Origin: Rhizodiscina lignyota
Taxonomy: Eukaryota
Direction: 5' to 3'
Length of the DNA: 64,000 nucleotides
Assembly (NCBI GenBank): GCA_010015805.1
Contig: ML978125.1
Location: forward strand, 1,550,001 to 1,614,000
The notes below the pieces were generated by a model. It was not told the origin of the DNA and did no database searches. It was given only the letters and a program-made list of their open reading frames with translations. Below are positions 48,401-59,648 of the stretch, in pieces (the first letter of the stretch is position 1; every line of letters begins with the position of its first letter). The position numbers were made by a program, and so were the translations under genes.

Positions 48401-48576
48401 TCGACATGGAGGAGGGTGGGGTTTCATTGGACGGGTATTTGGGCGACGATGAGCCTGGAAAGAAGATGCCAACGGAGGAAGACTATCTACAGGCGGAAGA
48501 TATGGTTCTTGGCGAGAAGCAGAACCAAAAGGACCAGTTGGAGCAGACTGCTCCAGGCGTCACCGACGAGGCATAA
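45477..48576 (+). CDS. NCL1: tRNA (cytosine-5)-methyltransferase Ncl1/Trm4; join(45477..45500,45552..47863,47913..48576)
   Basis: RGG-rich N-terminus, GNISRQE.VSM.PP, LDMCAAPGSKT, DRILADVPCSGDGT.RK, VYSTCSLNP.ENE, PHLQDTGGFF. Confidence 0.95.
48160..48357 (+). repeat. 66-bp coding minisatellite, three copies (ADNDTERA[Q/R]NTS[P/L]Q[E/A]YPEPVAA)
   Basis: Near-identical units start at 48160, 48226 and 48292. Confidence 0.95.
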
Positions 48577-48758
48577 TGCATCTATTTGCAGTGTGCTTGG
48601 AGGCCGTTTGCAGTTGCTCCAATTCTGACATGGGACGGTCAAGCGGATTGGCATAAAAGTTCGTATTGTCGGCAGCGGCTTCGAGTTTAGTGGGATTCAA
48701 TCTTGCCTCCCGTCAGCTAGAGATGAACAGGTCACTTTTTCGATTTCTTTTTTCCCTT

Positions 48759-48855
48759 CTACTCACGAGAACATGAGGCAATGCATTTGAAAGAGGGAAT
48801 GGTTAGCAAAGTCAAATGCAATGGGCCTTGAATGCACCGTCTTTCTCGTGAGTAG
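48759..48855. repeat. Nested inverted repeat / long hairpin
   Basis: CTACTCACGAGAA (48759-48771) pairs perfectly with TTCTCGTGAGTAG (48843-48855). Inner TGCATTTGA (48782-48790) pairs with TCAAATGCA (48812-48820). Confidence 0.75.
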
Positions 48856-49044
48856 CATACAAAACTTGAAGAAAGCTCAATGATAAAATCAGTGCTCAAA
48901 ATGTGTTCCCCGCTGTCTTTAAAGTTCACTTTTTCTTTCGTTCCGCCGCCTTAGCTTTCTTCCTCCGACTCCTTGACAAAGCATACTCAAGAGTAGAGAG
49001 AGACAAGAAGGGTGATGAAGACCGAACCATCTCCAACCTGTAAT

Positions 49045-49803
49045 CTAAGCTCCATATCCGTATGCGCTTGGACTTGGGCTGCACACTGGTAGCGTCGTAG
49101 TCCAGACCTCCGTGATGTGAGTGGTGCAAGGAATTTCCTGTATGGTGGCACTCTCAATTAGCTGGGCCTTTCCCATCCGATCTCTCTCCTACGATACGTA
49201 CCGGTCCATGGCCTTCTTGCACGGGCACATAGTTTAGCGTGCATCCAGCACAGTCTGTGTACACAGGCACTGTCATCGTAGAGGAATACTCAGTGCAGGT
49301 CTTCCCGAGAGCCTGGAAATGCGGCCGAAGCGGGACGTCCTTCGTACAAGGAGTGGGAGCGGGAGCGGCAGCTTTGGCATCACGAGCTTTAAAGGTAGGT
49401 GAAGCAGCACATTCAAAGTCGGTGGTAGTGGTTATGGGCAGTGTGGCAATGTCTGTCGGAATGCACTCGGGCCCCTTTTCGGATGGGCGTTAGATTGGGT
49501 TCAATAGAGGCAGAGAGAGTGGACTCACAACGCCAAAGAAATGCGGGACATCGAAGACGTCGAGGGTACAGCCTCCGCAATCAACTGAGGACGTGACAGT
49601 GACTGTCGTCTCGTACTGGGTGCAACCGAAGTGAGCGCTTTCGAAGACAGTGGTGGTGCATGCCGGCGCGTCTTCAACAGTTGGGAACGCGGATCTAGAA
49701 AACATTGTAAGATTGAATTGCGAAAACTGAGTCGAAACCCTTTCTTAACATACCCAGACAAAGCCCAGAAGAGCGCAGGGAAGATAATTTTAAGAGCCTG
49801 CAT
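49045..49803 (-). CDS. Small secreted Cys/Thr-rich protein with two tandem 6-Cys modules, 4 exons
   Basis: Hand-spliced: MQALKIIFPALFWALSG|SAFPTVEDAPACTTTV..GCTQYETTVTVTSSVDCGGCTL..FGV|GPECIP..FEC..PCTKDV..TCTEYSSTMTVPVYTDCAGCTL..GHGP|EIPCTTH..PVCSPSPSAYGYGA*. Confidence 0.8.
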
Positions 49804-50745
49804 CTTGTCTGTGAAACCCAGAAAGTGATGTAGCCTGTAGGTGCTTTGTCGTAGAGTGAATTATATGATCTGATCTTTGTCCAGTAAGATACTGTATCGA
49901 TTGATGTATCAGAAGTCCTTCTTTGAATAACTCTAAAGAGATTGAACTTGAACTTGAAGGTTCGAAAGCCTTTATATGCTCTAGATACTCCTTGCTCTTC
50001 GTGTAACTTTGAAGGTACCTACTCCAGCTGAAAGGAAGCCGCGACCCAAATCCCGCGCACTTCAACTCATCAGGAATCAATTCCGCGCGATTTCGGCACC
50101 AATTAATCTCTTCTTACTCCGGGTCGTAAAGCCTTCTTTTCCGCCTACCCTTTTAACATTATGTTTCACAAGATTATCCAGCTCCGACGCGGCTGGAAGT
50201 CACACGATGCACAAGTACGAACTATGCCGGCGACGATAGTCATTGTTGTAGCCCGAAGCTTACGCAAACGATACTTCACTTGTACGATTTGCCTTCCAAA
50301 GGAGTACAGAAAATGCTTAAACACGACGAAGCATTGTCAAAGGAGTACAAGCATCACGTGGAGGATTTACATGGGGAAGCAAAGATCACGCATGGGATAC
50401 GAGACCAGGTCACACACAGTGAAGAAGATTTTGGGATTGTCAGTCTCCCATTGTGAAGAAATTTGTTGGATTCGAAGGATTGCTATCTCTTTGAGAGAAT
50501 CCAAGCCCAAGAATCTCTTCAGGCCTCCCCTTGTTCCTTCACAATGATGCTCTTGGGATCCCTGAACCGTTCACAGTATCTTTTCCCTCCCCAGGCATTG
50601 TCAACGTCAAGGAAAGTCGTCATGTCGTAGTGCCTTCCAGGTAGGCTGATTTACTTCACTGGATTTCTGGACGCGACTGAAAGTTAGCCGACCGTGTGGG
50701 AAAGTGGCAGCGAAGGTGTGTTCATACTGTACAGCTTCTTCGGCC

Positions 50746-51098
50746 TCAAGCTCTGTTCCATCTGGCGTTGATCCGTGCTTGGATCTGGTCCGCACCGCAT
50801 CGAAAGCATGGAGCCCAGATATCGTGGTGAAGATCTTCATCGGTATAGTATGCGGAGAGCTCGCAGAATGTTCCTCCGCAATCTGTGAAGGCTGCCTGAA
50901 TACGCATACGTCCGCGCAGCTGCTCCGGGTAAGCGTATACTGTTGCATTAGGTGGAGCATAGGGACAGTACGTCATCGTGTTGAGGAAGTGGATACAGCC
51001 GCAGGCGTAGTGACGGGGTCGGTCTGAAATCATGTAGAGCGGGTTAACGTAGTTCTAACCTTCAAAAATACACCATAGGGTAACTAACAAATGCACAT
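50746..51098 (-). CDS. Small Cys-rich putative zinc-binding protein; join(51098..51089,51023..50746)
   Basis: A 10-nt first exon and a GTTAGT..CAG intron give MCIYRPRHYACGCIHF..YCPYA..DCGGTFC..PCFRC. TATAAAA lies about 95 nt upstream. Confidence 0.6.
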
Positions 51099-51984
51099 TG
51101 CTGATCTTCGAGATTTGATTCGACAGCAGTAGTTGTGTTTGTTGACGGGAGTGTGTGCGAAACAGTATGAAAACGATGAGAAGGTTCAGTGACTTTTATA
51201 CTCCAGTGAGCTAAGCGCGCTCGATTGTTGATGCCTTGTCAAAGCTTTGGCGCTGAACTTGAAAAGCTTAACACCCTCGAAGGTGACAGTAGAGTTGGCC
51301 ACCGGACAAGCTGCAGGGCCTAAGGCTAAACAGATATTTCACTTCGATATAAGGTAAGTAGGACTATCTCTGAAAGCTTAGTTCTACCTTCGTCAGAGTT
51401 CACTGTGACAAAAAAAAAAAATCCTACGCTTCGTTGCTTGTAGAGGCTGTATGCCATAGACTTCATAATTGTTCAATACTGCAGATAACTTGTGACCTTC
51501 GAGATATTCTAAGAGGAGAACGGTATCAAAAAAGATACTCCATCAATAAAATGGAAAGCATGAGAAAGTTATCTCCGATTTAAACGACACAGACGGTCGT
51601 AGTAGCTATACTAACGAGTAAGCCGTTTTTCAATCCCGCTTAATAGACAAAAAAAACCGGAGTAGCACACCTTCTATCTCCTCCACACTAAAACATCTCT
51701 CGAATGTTGACTGATTATAGCACTTTCGCTGATCTGGGTCTTCCACCAAAACACATGCTACAAACCCTTCTCGCCAACTGTAGTTCTCTGACGAGAGACC
51801 ATCGACCCCTACCCATTCGTTAGAGTGTCCAGAATATGTTTTTGGTTGAGCCGATTGAGCCGATTTTGATGCGTTAGACACTCCAACTGATACAAATGGC
51901 CTTTGTTGAGAGCCATATGCGCAAAGTCGTAGACTGTAACACCGAAGTGATGCCTGGCTGTATGTATCTGGAGATGCTATATTC

Positions 51985-53439
51985 TCATCCGAGCTCGATA
52001 GCGAAGCGACGCCTGATCCGTTCACCAAAGAAGTAGAACAGCAACGGAGCTGGACTGAGTGCGAGAGAAATAAAGCCAAACACGCTGATGCCCCAGCCAT
52101 AACCAAGATCCTTGAAGAGCTTCGGTGCGAAGAGTGGAACGACACCCCCAACCAGTGAGCGAAATACAGCGCCAGCAGCAATGGCAGAAGCGGCATACTT
52201 CTCGAAAGAGTCGATGTAATAGTTCTGGACGGTGTTCATAATCATGACTTGGCCAATGCCATACGGAAACGTGGCAATAATTGTTGCAGGCCAGGCTACT
52301 TGATATTCGACTGTCCATGCGAACCAGAAGAGTCCAATAGGAACGAAGATGGCGCCGATGTTGGCCAGGGGGAGCCTGTATTCAGGCTTTGGGATACCGT
52401 CGTGCTTTGCCGTCAGCTTCTTGTAAACCCAGTCGATACGCGGGACCAGGAACCACACGGCAAAGAGAAAGCCAAGCCCAGGCCCAAGATACATGAGGCC
52501 GACTTGTTCTGTATTGAAGTGGTATGGTTCGCCAGAGTAAATGTCTTGCATGTTGGTGTAGAGACTGTACGTCGTGCTGAAGAGCAAGGCTTGGTATATT
52601 GCCATCGTCATCACGATAGGCTGCATCAATATCCTCAGTGGCCGATAGAGAGATCTCAGGACTTTCAAATAGAGTGGTCTCGGGTCTTCGCCTTCGTATC
52701 GGTATTTGTTTGGCCCTTCGGCCTGCTCGAATCTCCGCTTTCGCCAGTTAAGGATCATTGGCGCGTATGTCTCTCTCAGGAAGATGTAGCCTGCGAAAGT
52801 ATTTGTCGCACATATGACGGCCACGATCCAGAAGATCCACCGCCAGCCAAGACGTTGCACTATCACACCACCGAGAAGAGGGCCGATAGTTGGACCGAGT
52901 AGTGGTCCTAATAGATACCATCCAAAGACGCCAGCACGTTCGCCTGGCTCAAACATGTCGCTGATGGTGCCGCCGCCATTAGCGATGCCGATACTTCCAA
53001 AGAATCCAGCGATTGTTCGAAGCGCAAGAAGCGTGGCAATGCTTGGCGACAGAGCGGTAGGTATCTGAAGTAGGGTGAACATGCTAAAGCACACCATGTA
53101 CAGTCGTCTTCGACCAAACGTCTCCGACATTGGAGCAAGAATGAGTGGGCCGATGCCCAGAAAGACCACGAAGCCCGTCGTTGCGCCAATGACGGTGGAG
53201 GTGTCCGTTCCAAGGTCATCGGCGATCTCTTGGATACCGGGAGTGAACATTGAGCTTGCGAGTGGGCTAAGAATCGACATCGATGCAATGACTGCCACAT
53301 TTGCTAGCTTCTGGCTTCTCTTCCAAGCTCGTGGGTTCTCTGGATCTTCTTTGCTGAGATACAGGAGCTCTCGGTCATCTTGCTCTTCTGAAGAGCCATT
53401 GCCTAGAAGCGGTGACCGCTCATCAGCATGCGGCGGCAT
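51985..53439 (-). CDS. MFS drug:H+ antiporter (DHA1 family)
   Basis: DPENPRAW, APMSETFGRR (motif A), GGGTISDMF, GPLLGPTIGPLLGG (motif C), ETYAP, PEYRL, YAASAIA. Confidence 0.93.
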   Translation of the reverse strand: MPPHADERSPLLGNGSSEEQDDRELLYLSKEDPENPRAWKRSQKLANVAVIASMSILSPLASSMFTPGIQEIADDLGTDTSTVIGATTGFVVFLGIGPLILAPMSETFGRRRLYMVCFSMFTLLQIPTALSPSIATLLALRTIAGFFGSIGIANGGGTISDMFEPGERAGVFGWYLLGPLLGPTIGPLLGGVIVQRLGWRWIFWIVAVICATNTFAGYIFLRETYAPMILNWRKRRFEQAEGPNKYRYEGEDPRPLYLKVLRSLYRPLRILMQPIVMTMAIYQALLFSTTYSLYTNMQDIYSGEPYHFNTEQVGLMYLGPGLGFLFAVWFLVPRIDWVYKKLTAKHDGIPKPEYRLPLANIGAIFVPIGLFWFAWTVEYQVAWPATIIATFPYGIGQVMIMNTVQNYYIDSFEKYAASAIAAGAVFRSLVGGVVPLFAPKLFKDLGYGWGISVFGFISLALSPAPLLFYFFGERIRRRFAIELG

Positions 53440-54059
53440 ATCGACGAAGCTTCAAAGCTTTCTGCTCGCTTGGTTGCAGTCCAGATTGTGACGATGACAG
53501 TTCAGGCGGTGTGGCACGAGACCTTTGCCAGGTCAATCAGCGGACAGATCGAACGAGTAACAGACAAGCTAACAGTGCATACCGTCCCTATAGAACAGAG
53601 GACAGGTATACCTGCATCACCAGCTCGTAGAGAAAGAGATTGAAATGATTATTGAACATTGCGACGTGTGGCTACCGGGTCTCTTTGAGCGCGTCTTACC
53701 ACATGGCCTGTGACACGATACCGAGTGAAGTCAAATCCATGACGTCGTCTGGAAAATCTCACGTCCCGTTCCGATGTCGAAAACGGCAGAGACCCCTGAG
53801 AATCGGAACAAAGGCAAATATAGTCAACCCAAAGTATTTAATTTTATTATTTACAGGTCTTTTAACCCAAAGAGTCTTGGAGGCCCAGCAGAGCCTGAAG
53901 ACATAGAAGGTTACACTGAGTGTGCCCCTCAGCACGAGCCTTCGCCAGACGCCAACGCTCTACTCATAAGACTTCTCCGTATGATATGATGATGATGCAA
54001 ATACTGGTCGAAAGGACTAATTACTGTAACATTGTCATCTTCATTGACTCGTGCCATTT

Positions 54060-57000
54060 TCATCTGTTTTCCTCCTTCTCCGTCTCTCTTGGCGTCCCCG
54101 TGCCACTCCTCTCCCTTTCACTTTCTTCAATTGCATCTTCCACTCCTGGCGGCTTCTGCAGATGAGCAAGTACGGGAGTAGTAGCCATTCCCGCAGCGCC
54201 ATCGTACAAGGAGAAGCTTCCATCCCTAGCAACACTACTTCTCCGTCTACTAGTCACCACTCCGGGAAAGATGCGCGGCTCCATACCATCGAATACCATG
54301 CTCGGGCTTCTCATCGGCTTTCCTGCAGGCGCAGGTTGTTCCCGCCCAAGCGCGGCGATATCACCGGTGGAGAAGGATTGGTTCATACGCGCTGCCTGTG
54401 TCGGGTACAATGGGTTGTTCTGAGAAGTTCCGGGCACTGCTTGTTGAAGCGTTGGGTTAGATGTGTAATAGGATGACACAGAACCAGACGGTGTGGTATA
54501 ATCAAGGGGGTTGCTCATCGAAGGGTTTGTCTTCATTGAAGTAGAAGGCGAGCCCGGCATGGATGGCTGAGGCGCAGGTAGATTGGCTGTGAATGGCGTT
54601 TGTGGAGGAAGAGTAGACTGTGAAAGTTGTGAGGCGACTCTGGTGTAGCGGTCGATCCTGGAATATGTGAGCTACAATTCGACTTTAGACTTGCTTGAAA
54701 GCCTTACATGGAATATTCCTGATCCAAAGTCTCATGCCGAAATGCTTCTCGAATGTCCGGCACGTTCACCTTGGCCATGTCATTGCCTTCTACACCTGGG
54801 AGGTAATAGTTCTTTCCCAGCCAGCGCTGTTTCATCGAATGCTCAAATCCGCTCTGCACAACAGAGTGCTTAGCAAGTTCACACATATCGACTGCTGTCA
54901 ATTTGTAAATTTGCGCGGCGACAGAGTATTCTTCTATCAGAGGCTCCTTTGTGAAGGCGAATTGTAGTGGATCATCGGTCGAGAGCGAAACATTGAGGCC
55001 GCGGCGGAAGTATTGCAGGAAAGGATTGCGTTCATACGCAAGGAACAGGGCATTGTTGCTGAGAGGGCTCATGGCGATGCCAATCTGCTCGAGATAGAAG
55101 ATGTACTGCAGCAATGGGACTTTTCGCAAAAGCAGGCCATGACTAATGCTGTGGCAACACAGCACAGCTGCGGCTAAATGGTCAGTATCTCCAGCTTCAC
55201 CACAATGCGGTCGTAGGAGGAATGTATTGAACCCGCGTTGCTTTCGGCAGGCGTTGAGCGATGCCATATTGGCAAAGAGGTGGTAGATCCAGTAACTGTA
55301 AGGCGGATTTTGCTTCGTATTCCAATCCTTAGGCACTGGGAACTTGCGGTATAGCCGGCGCTCGGCTTTACTTTCGTCATCGACGCTGTCAAAGCCAATG
55401 ACTCTCTGCAGAAAAACGTGAAGTTCAGGATGTTGGCTGGGATCTTTCGTGGCCTCGAACAGAGGCTGAAAGAGATTGATGACGATTTGCTCATAGTTGT
55501 CCATCAAGCCAGTGGACTTGTATACATCGAAAAGACGTGGAACTTGTATCAGCCAGCGGACGTTGGGCGAGAAAAGTTTGTTGTCGACGACCCATTTAGC
55601 GAGTTTATCCCATTCATCAATCGATCTGCCATATATTGAAATCCTCCATTCGACCATCTGGTACTTGCTGGATTCCAGGTCAGACATGACTTCTTTCGTA
55701 ATCTCCGCAAGGTATCGCCCATGAATGAAATTGTCCGTCTTCAGGAAGATGGTGCGAAGACGTGATTCTCCAACAGGATTGTACTTCAAATTGAACTTGT
55801 CGAAACGATGGAAGCTGTCGGTATGCGCATGCATATCGAGCGTATCAATGCTCAGATCATAAGCAGTCAAGTTGATGCTATCGAAGACTTCCGCGAGTGT
55901 CAAATGCTTGCCATCCCTGTACAGCACAACCTCATCTGGGCATTTCTTCATCTTGCTCTTGATGAAACGCAGCAGATGCTTCTGGTTCATACAAGCAGAA
56001 TGGTGAACGTGAGTGTCTACTTTTCTGACGTTATAGAAGTCTCTGTGCGGCACTTTCTTGCTGTCGGCCATTTCCTGGTACTCATTCAAGAGGTAGTACA
56101 AGTTGAACTTTCCCTCGAGGTATTGTAACCTTCGAAAGGCAAAGCTTTTGCTTGGTCCATCAGAAGAAACGGTCAAAATTGCGTCTAGATCCATGTAGAA
56201 CTCTCGAAGAGTGGGCACTGCAACAATTGGGCTGTCTAGCTCGGCAGACTTTGAGTTCTCATAAACTTGATAGACACCCTTATCATCTAGGCGGAAGGCC
56301 ATCTCAGATGCTTCAGGGAGCGGAAGAAGATCTTCCATATCGAAATCTTCCCCAATGTCCTGGCCCATTTTTCGAGGAGGTCTCGGCGGCTTTCTGGTTG
56401 CCGTGGGTGTACTTTGATCGAGTACTGTACTATTTGATATGCTCGTAGCATCGCCTGCTTCTCTGCTATGATCCCATGCGGGATCTGGCGGAGAAGGATA
56501 GATGTTCCACCCACCCTCATCCTTAGGATTGTCCGTCGGCTGCTGAAGTGATAAACGTATGTATTTGTGCCGGATATCGAGAACCTTTTGAATGTTGCTG
56601 TATATTGCGCCGAGCTCAGCGGTAACCTGGGCATCACTGGCAGCGAACCCGTTGGCACCAGATCCAAGTCCAACCCCAGCGCCCGCCCCGTGGATCCCTT
56701 CAGTCGCAAGTAAAGGCGGTTTGCTCTCGTGCGGTAGTCCAGGGTGCTTTGCATGATCTCGAGCATCCTGGTCAGCACGAAGTAATGCATCTTCCGCAGC
56801 TGGAGTGATGACATCAAGGCCTATAGAAGGCTCTGCTCCGTCCACGGGCTTCATAGAGCGATATGGTAGGTTTGCATATGCGGACCCTGCTTGACTCTGG
56901 CGCGACTTGACAGATTCCGCACGGGAGAGCATTCCTCCTTCCAACGTTCCACCCGCTGGCGTTGTACGAGCTTTTATAAGCGGACTCGCTGGTTCTCCCG

Positions 57001-57446
57001 TAATCGTGCTCCGGCGGTCTATTTGATGGCGTTGGTACATCTGCTTCGCCTCTGACTGCGACATTTGCTTCTCGTACGTAGGGTCATGAAGGGCAGTCTT
57101 CCTGGGCATGTCTCGAGGGAGCATCTGGGCTTCGAATTGTGCATCCTCCAGCTGACCATCAGCTGTATCCGCCGTGTCACCGTTTCGCGACGCGGCGGAA
57201 AGCCCACCATTGGCATTGTCCAATGCCCCATTATTGTGGAAGGAGCCATCTGGAGTGTGTTCGTGTGACGCAGAGTCCAGATCGTACTCTTCGTCCTCGT
57301 CGTCAGTGTCGACAAAGGTGTTGGTTCGACTAGGTGCGAGAAAAGGGGAGCCGGTCTGAGAGTCTGGGTCTATACAAACCCACATCAGCTATATCATTCC
57401 ACGGCTGAACAGTATGAAGCTCCCTGAAACTAGACTCACCGGCCAT
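54060..57446 (-). CDS. AMD1: AMP deaminase; join(57446..57440,57369..54708,54657..54060)
   Basis: [60 protein letters not shown]. Confidence 0.96.
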
Positions 57447-57891
57447 GACGGCGGAGCAGGGCGTTCAATACGCAGGGAACAGGGTGCTGAATGACGTCGC
57501 CAGACGCGTTGCGGGATTGTGATTGCCGAAGTTGGATTTAAGGAGTTGGAGGAGCTATCCAGCGGCACTTATGTGTAGAAGGCAAAACTGGATTTGAGAA
57601 AAAGATGGCTTCAAAAAGCCTCAACCCCCCTTCAACCTCAGTACTCCAAGCTCGACAGTCACACATTGCTCACCGTAAGTGGACCCCTGTTGAATAATTG
57701 GGTACGCTCCCGCGTCTCGCGTCGACGTGCATTAGGGTTAGGGTCAATAGATGCTTTCCCTGGGTCCCATTGGGAAAATCTACTGAATTATTGGGGATTT
57801 GACAATGAGATACATCTTTGGGTACCGCAAATCCACGTCCGATTAAATACGCTAAGTTCTATATCCAAGGTGGAAGTCTTGCTCGCAGGAA

Positions 57892-59648
57892 TCAAGAAAC
57901 GCCTTTCCGCCAGCTCACTCTTCCTGGCATCCCAGCATAAGGTTTCGCGGCGCCCTTCAAGATTTGATATATCCGATGACCCTCTACAGTGTTGTGCTTC
58001 CCACCGTCTCTGTACTCTTCAACTGTGCTGATGGGTGTCCATGAATCGCATTTCACGCCATCAACCTCGGCCACGAAATCAAAGTCCTTTGCAATTATAG
58101 CCAGAGTTACTTTCGCTTCAATCATCGCGAGCTCTTGTCCCAAACAATTCCTTGGCCCTTTCTCAAACGGCCGCCAGGCATCTTTACCGGCAGCAGTGAA
58201 TAGCTTGGCTTCTGGGAAAGGTGTCTGAGAAGGAATAAACCGCTCCGGGATGAACTCGTCTGGTTTGGGGAAGAACTTTTCGTTGCGATGGACCATGTGA
58301 GACACGACCCAGACGTCAAATCCCTTAATTGGCAGCTGTTTGCCCGTATCAGGATCAGTTACGAACAACGGAGCTTGGTCCTTGGGTATAGCTCGAAGTG
58401 TTGACGCAGGAGGGAAGAGACGAAGTGTTTCTTTAACTATCGCTGTCAGATATTCGAGTTTGTTGATCGAATGTGGATCCTCCTTGATAGCATTCGAAAT
58501 AGTCTCGTACGACGCTCCCGCACCGTAGACTTCCTCGAGTTCCTGGACAAGTTTTTGATAGACGTTCGGATAGAAGTGAAGGAAGTAGAGGGCGTATGCG
58601 ATTGTTGTAGCCGTAGTGTCGTGACCCGCGAAGATGAAAGTCTTCATGTTACTGATGATTTCTCGACGAACTTCAGGGTCAATTGTTGCCGCAATTCCTT
58701 TCTCCGTCGCAGATTGTTGATAGTATGAGTCAAGCGCAAGGTCGATGACTGTCTTCTTTCTGTCGCGGAATGACTTCTGTACTCCTCGCTTTGGATCTTT
58801 TGCACGCACTTCGATCAGCTGATCCAGCTCCTTCCCTATCAGTCCATCTAGTTTTCGCGCATTGAACCATAATTTAATGGGGCGGAATGCGTCAAAATCG
58901 TCCCAAGGATAGAAACCGCCGTTATTTCGCATGAGTCCGGCTCTCTGTCGGAACATGGTGACCACCGGGTGCGCCCTCTTCTGGCTGTCAAAGTCTGAAT
59001 CTAGTACAATTTTCCCAATGATGTCGATCGTCATCCGCGTAGCGTACTCTTCCAAGGAGAAAATTTCTCGCTTGCTCGCTTTGTCGGCCAGGGCTTCGTG
59101 GAACACAATAGTCGCGTCAACAATATAAGGTACCAATGTCATCAAATGAGAGGCGCTGAACCCGGGATTGAAAGCTGATCTCATGCTCTTCCAATGGGAA
59201 GCTTCGGCGGTGACAATACTCCCGGTGCCCAAAAATATATCCAGATAATCACTGCCAAGCCGAGATTTATACAAAGACACGCCCGTCGTGATAAATTGGC
59301 TAGCAACTTCAGGATCCGCTATGACGAGGAAGCGCGGGCCGAAGGGCCATAAGTCGAGGTACCAGATATCGCCAGGCTTGTACTTCCTGTAGATATAGGT
59401 CATCCAGTTCTGGATGTGTACATTAGGGGGGAATACTTTCGTGCATTCCCCAGCGATTTCGAGACTGCCATAGATCCAGGACCATCCTGCTGGTTTTGGC
59501 TGACATGTTGTTAGCTGTGTATCTCTCAGAACAATTGATGGGAGCCGCTCACCAGGTCTTTGAACTCTTTGCGTTTCTTGACGAGCTGTGTAACGCCATA
59601 CACAGCGCAAGCAAGAAGCGCAAACAGAACGAGGAGAGCACGAAGCAT
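57892..59648 (-). CDS. Cytochrome P450 (StcS/AflN-like); exon 1 59648..59553, exon 2 59499..57892
   Basis: N-terminal anchor MLRALLVLFALLACAVYGV, YLDLWPF, FAGHDTT, ETLR, PERF, heme motif FEKGPRNCLG. The subfamily call is tentative. Confidence 0.92.

Noticed and set aside
50161..50547. ORFs with a repeated AAAGGAGTACA
   Set aside because: Only an 11-bp duplication and no recognisable protein.
51630..52196. 188-aa minus ORF overlapping the MFS 3' end
   Set aside because: Alternate frame running into the 3'UTR with no motif.
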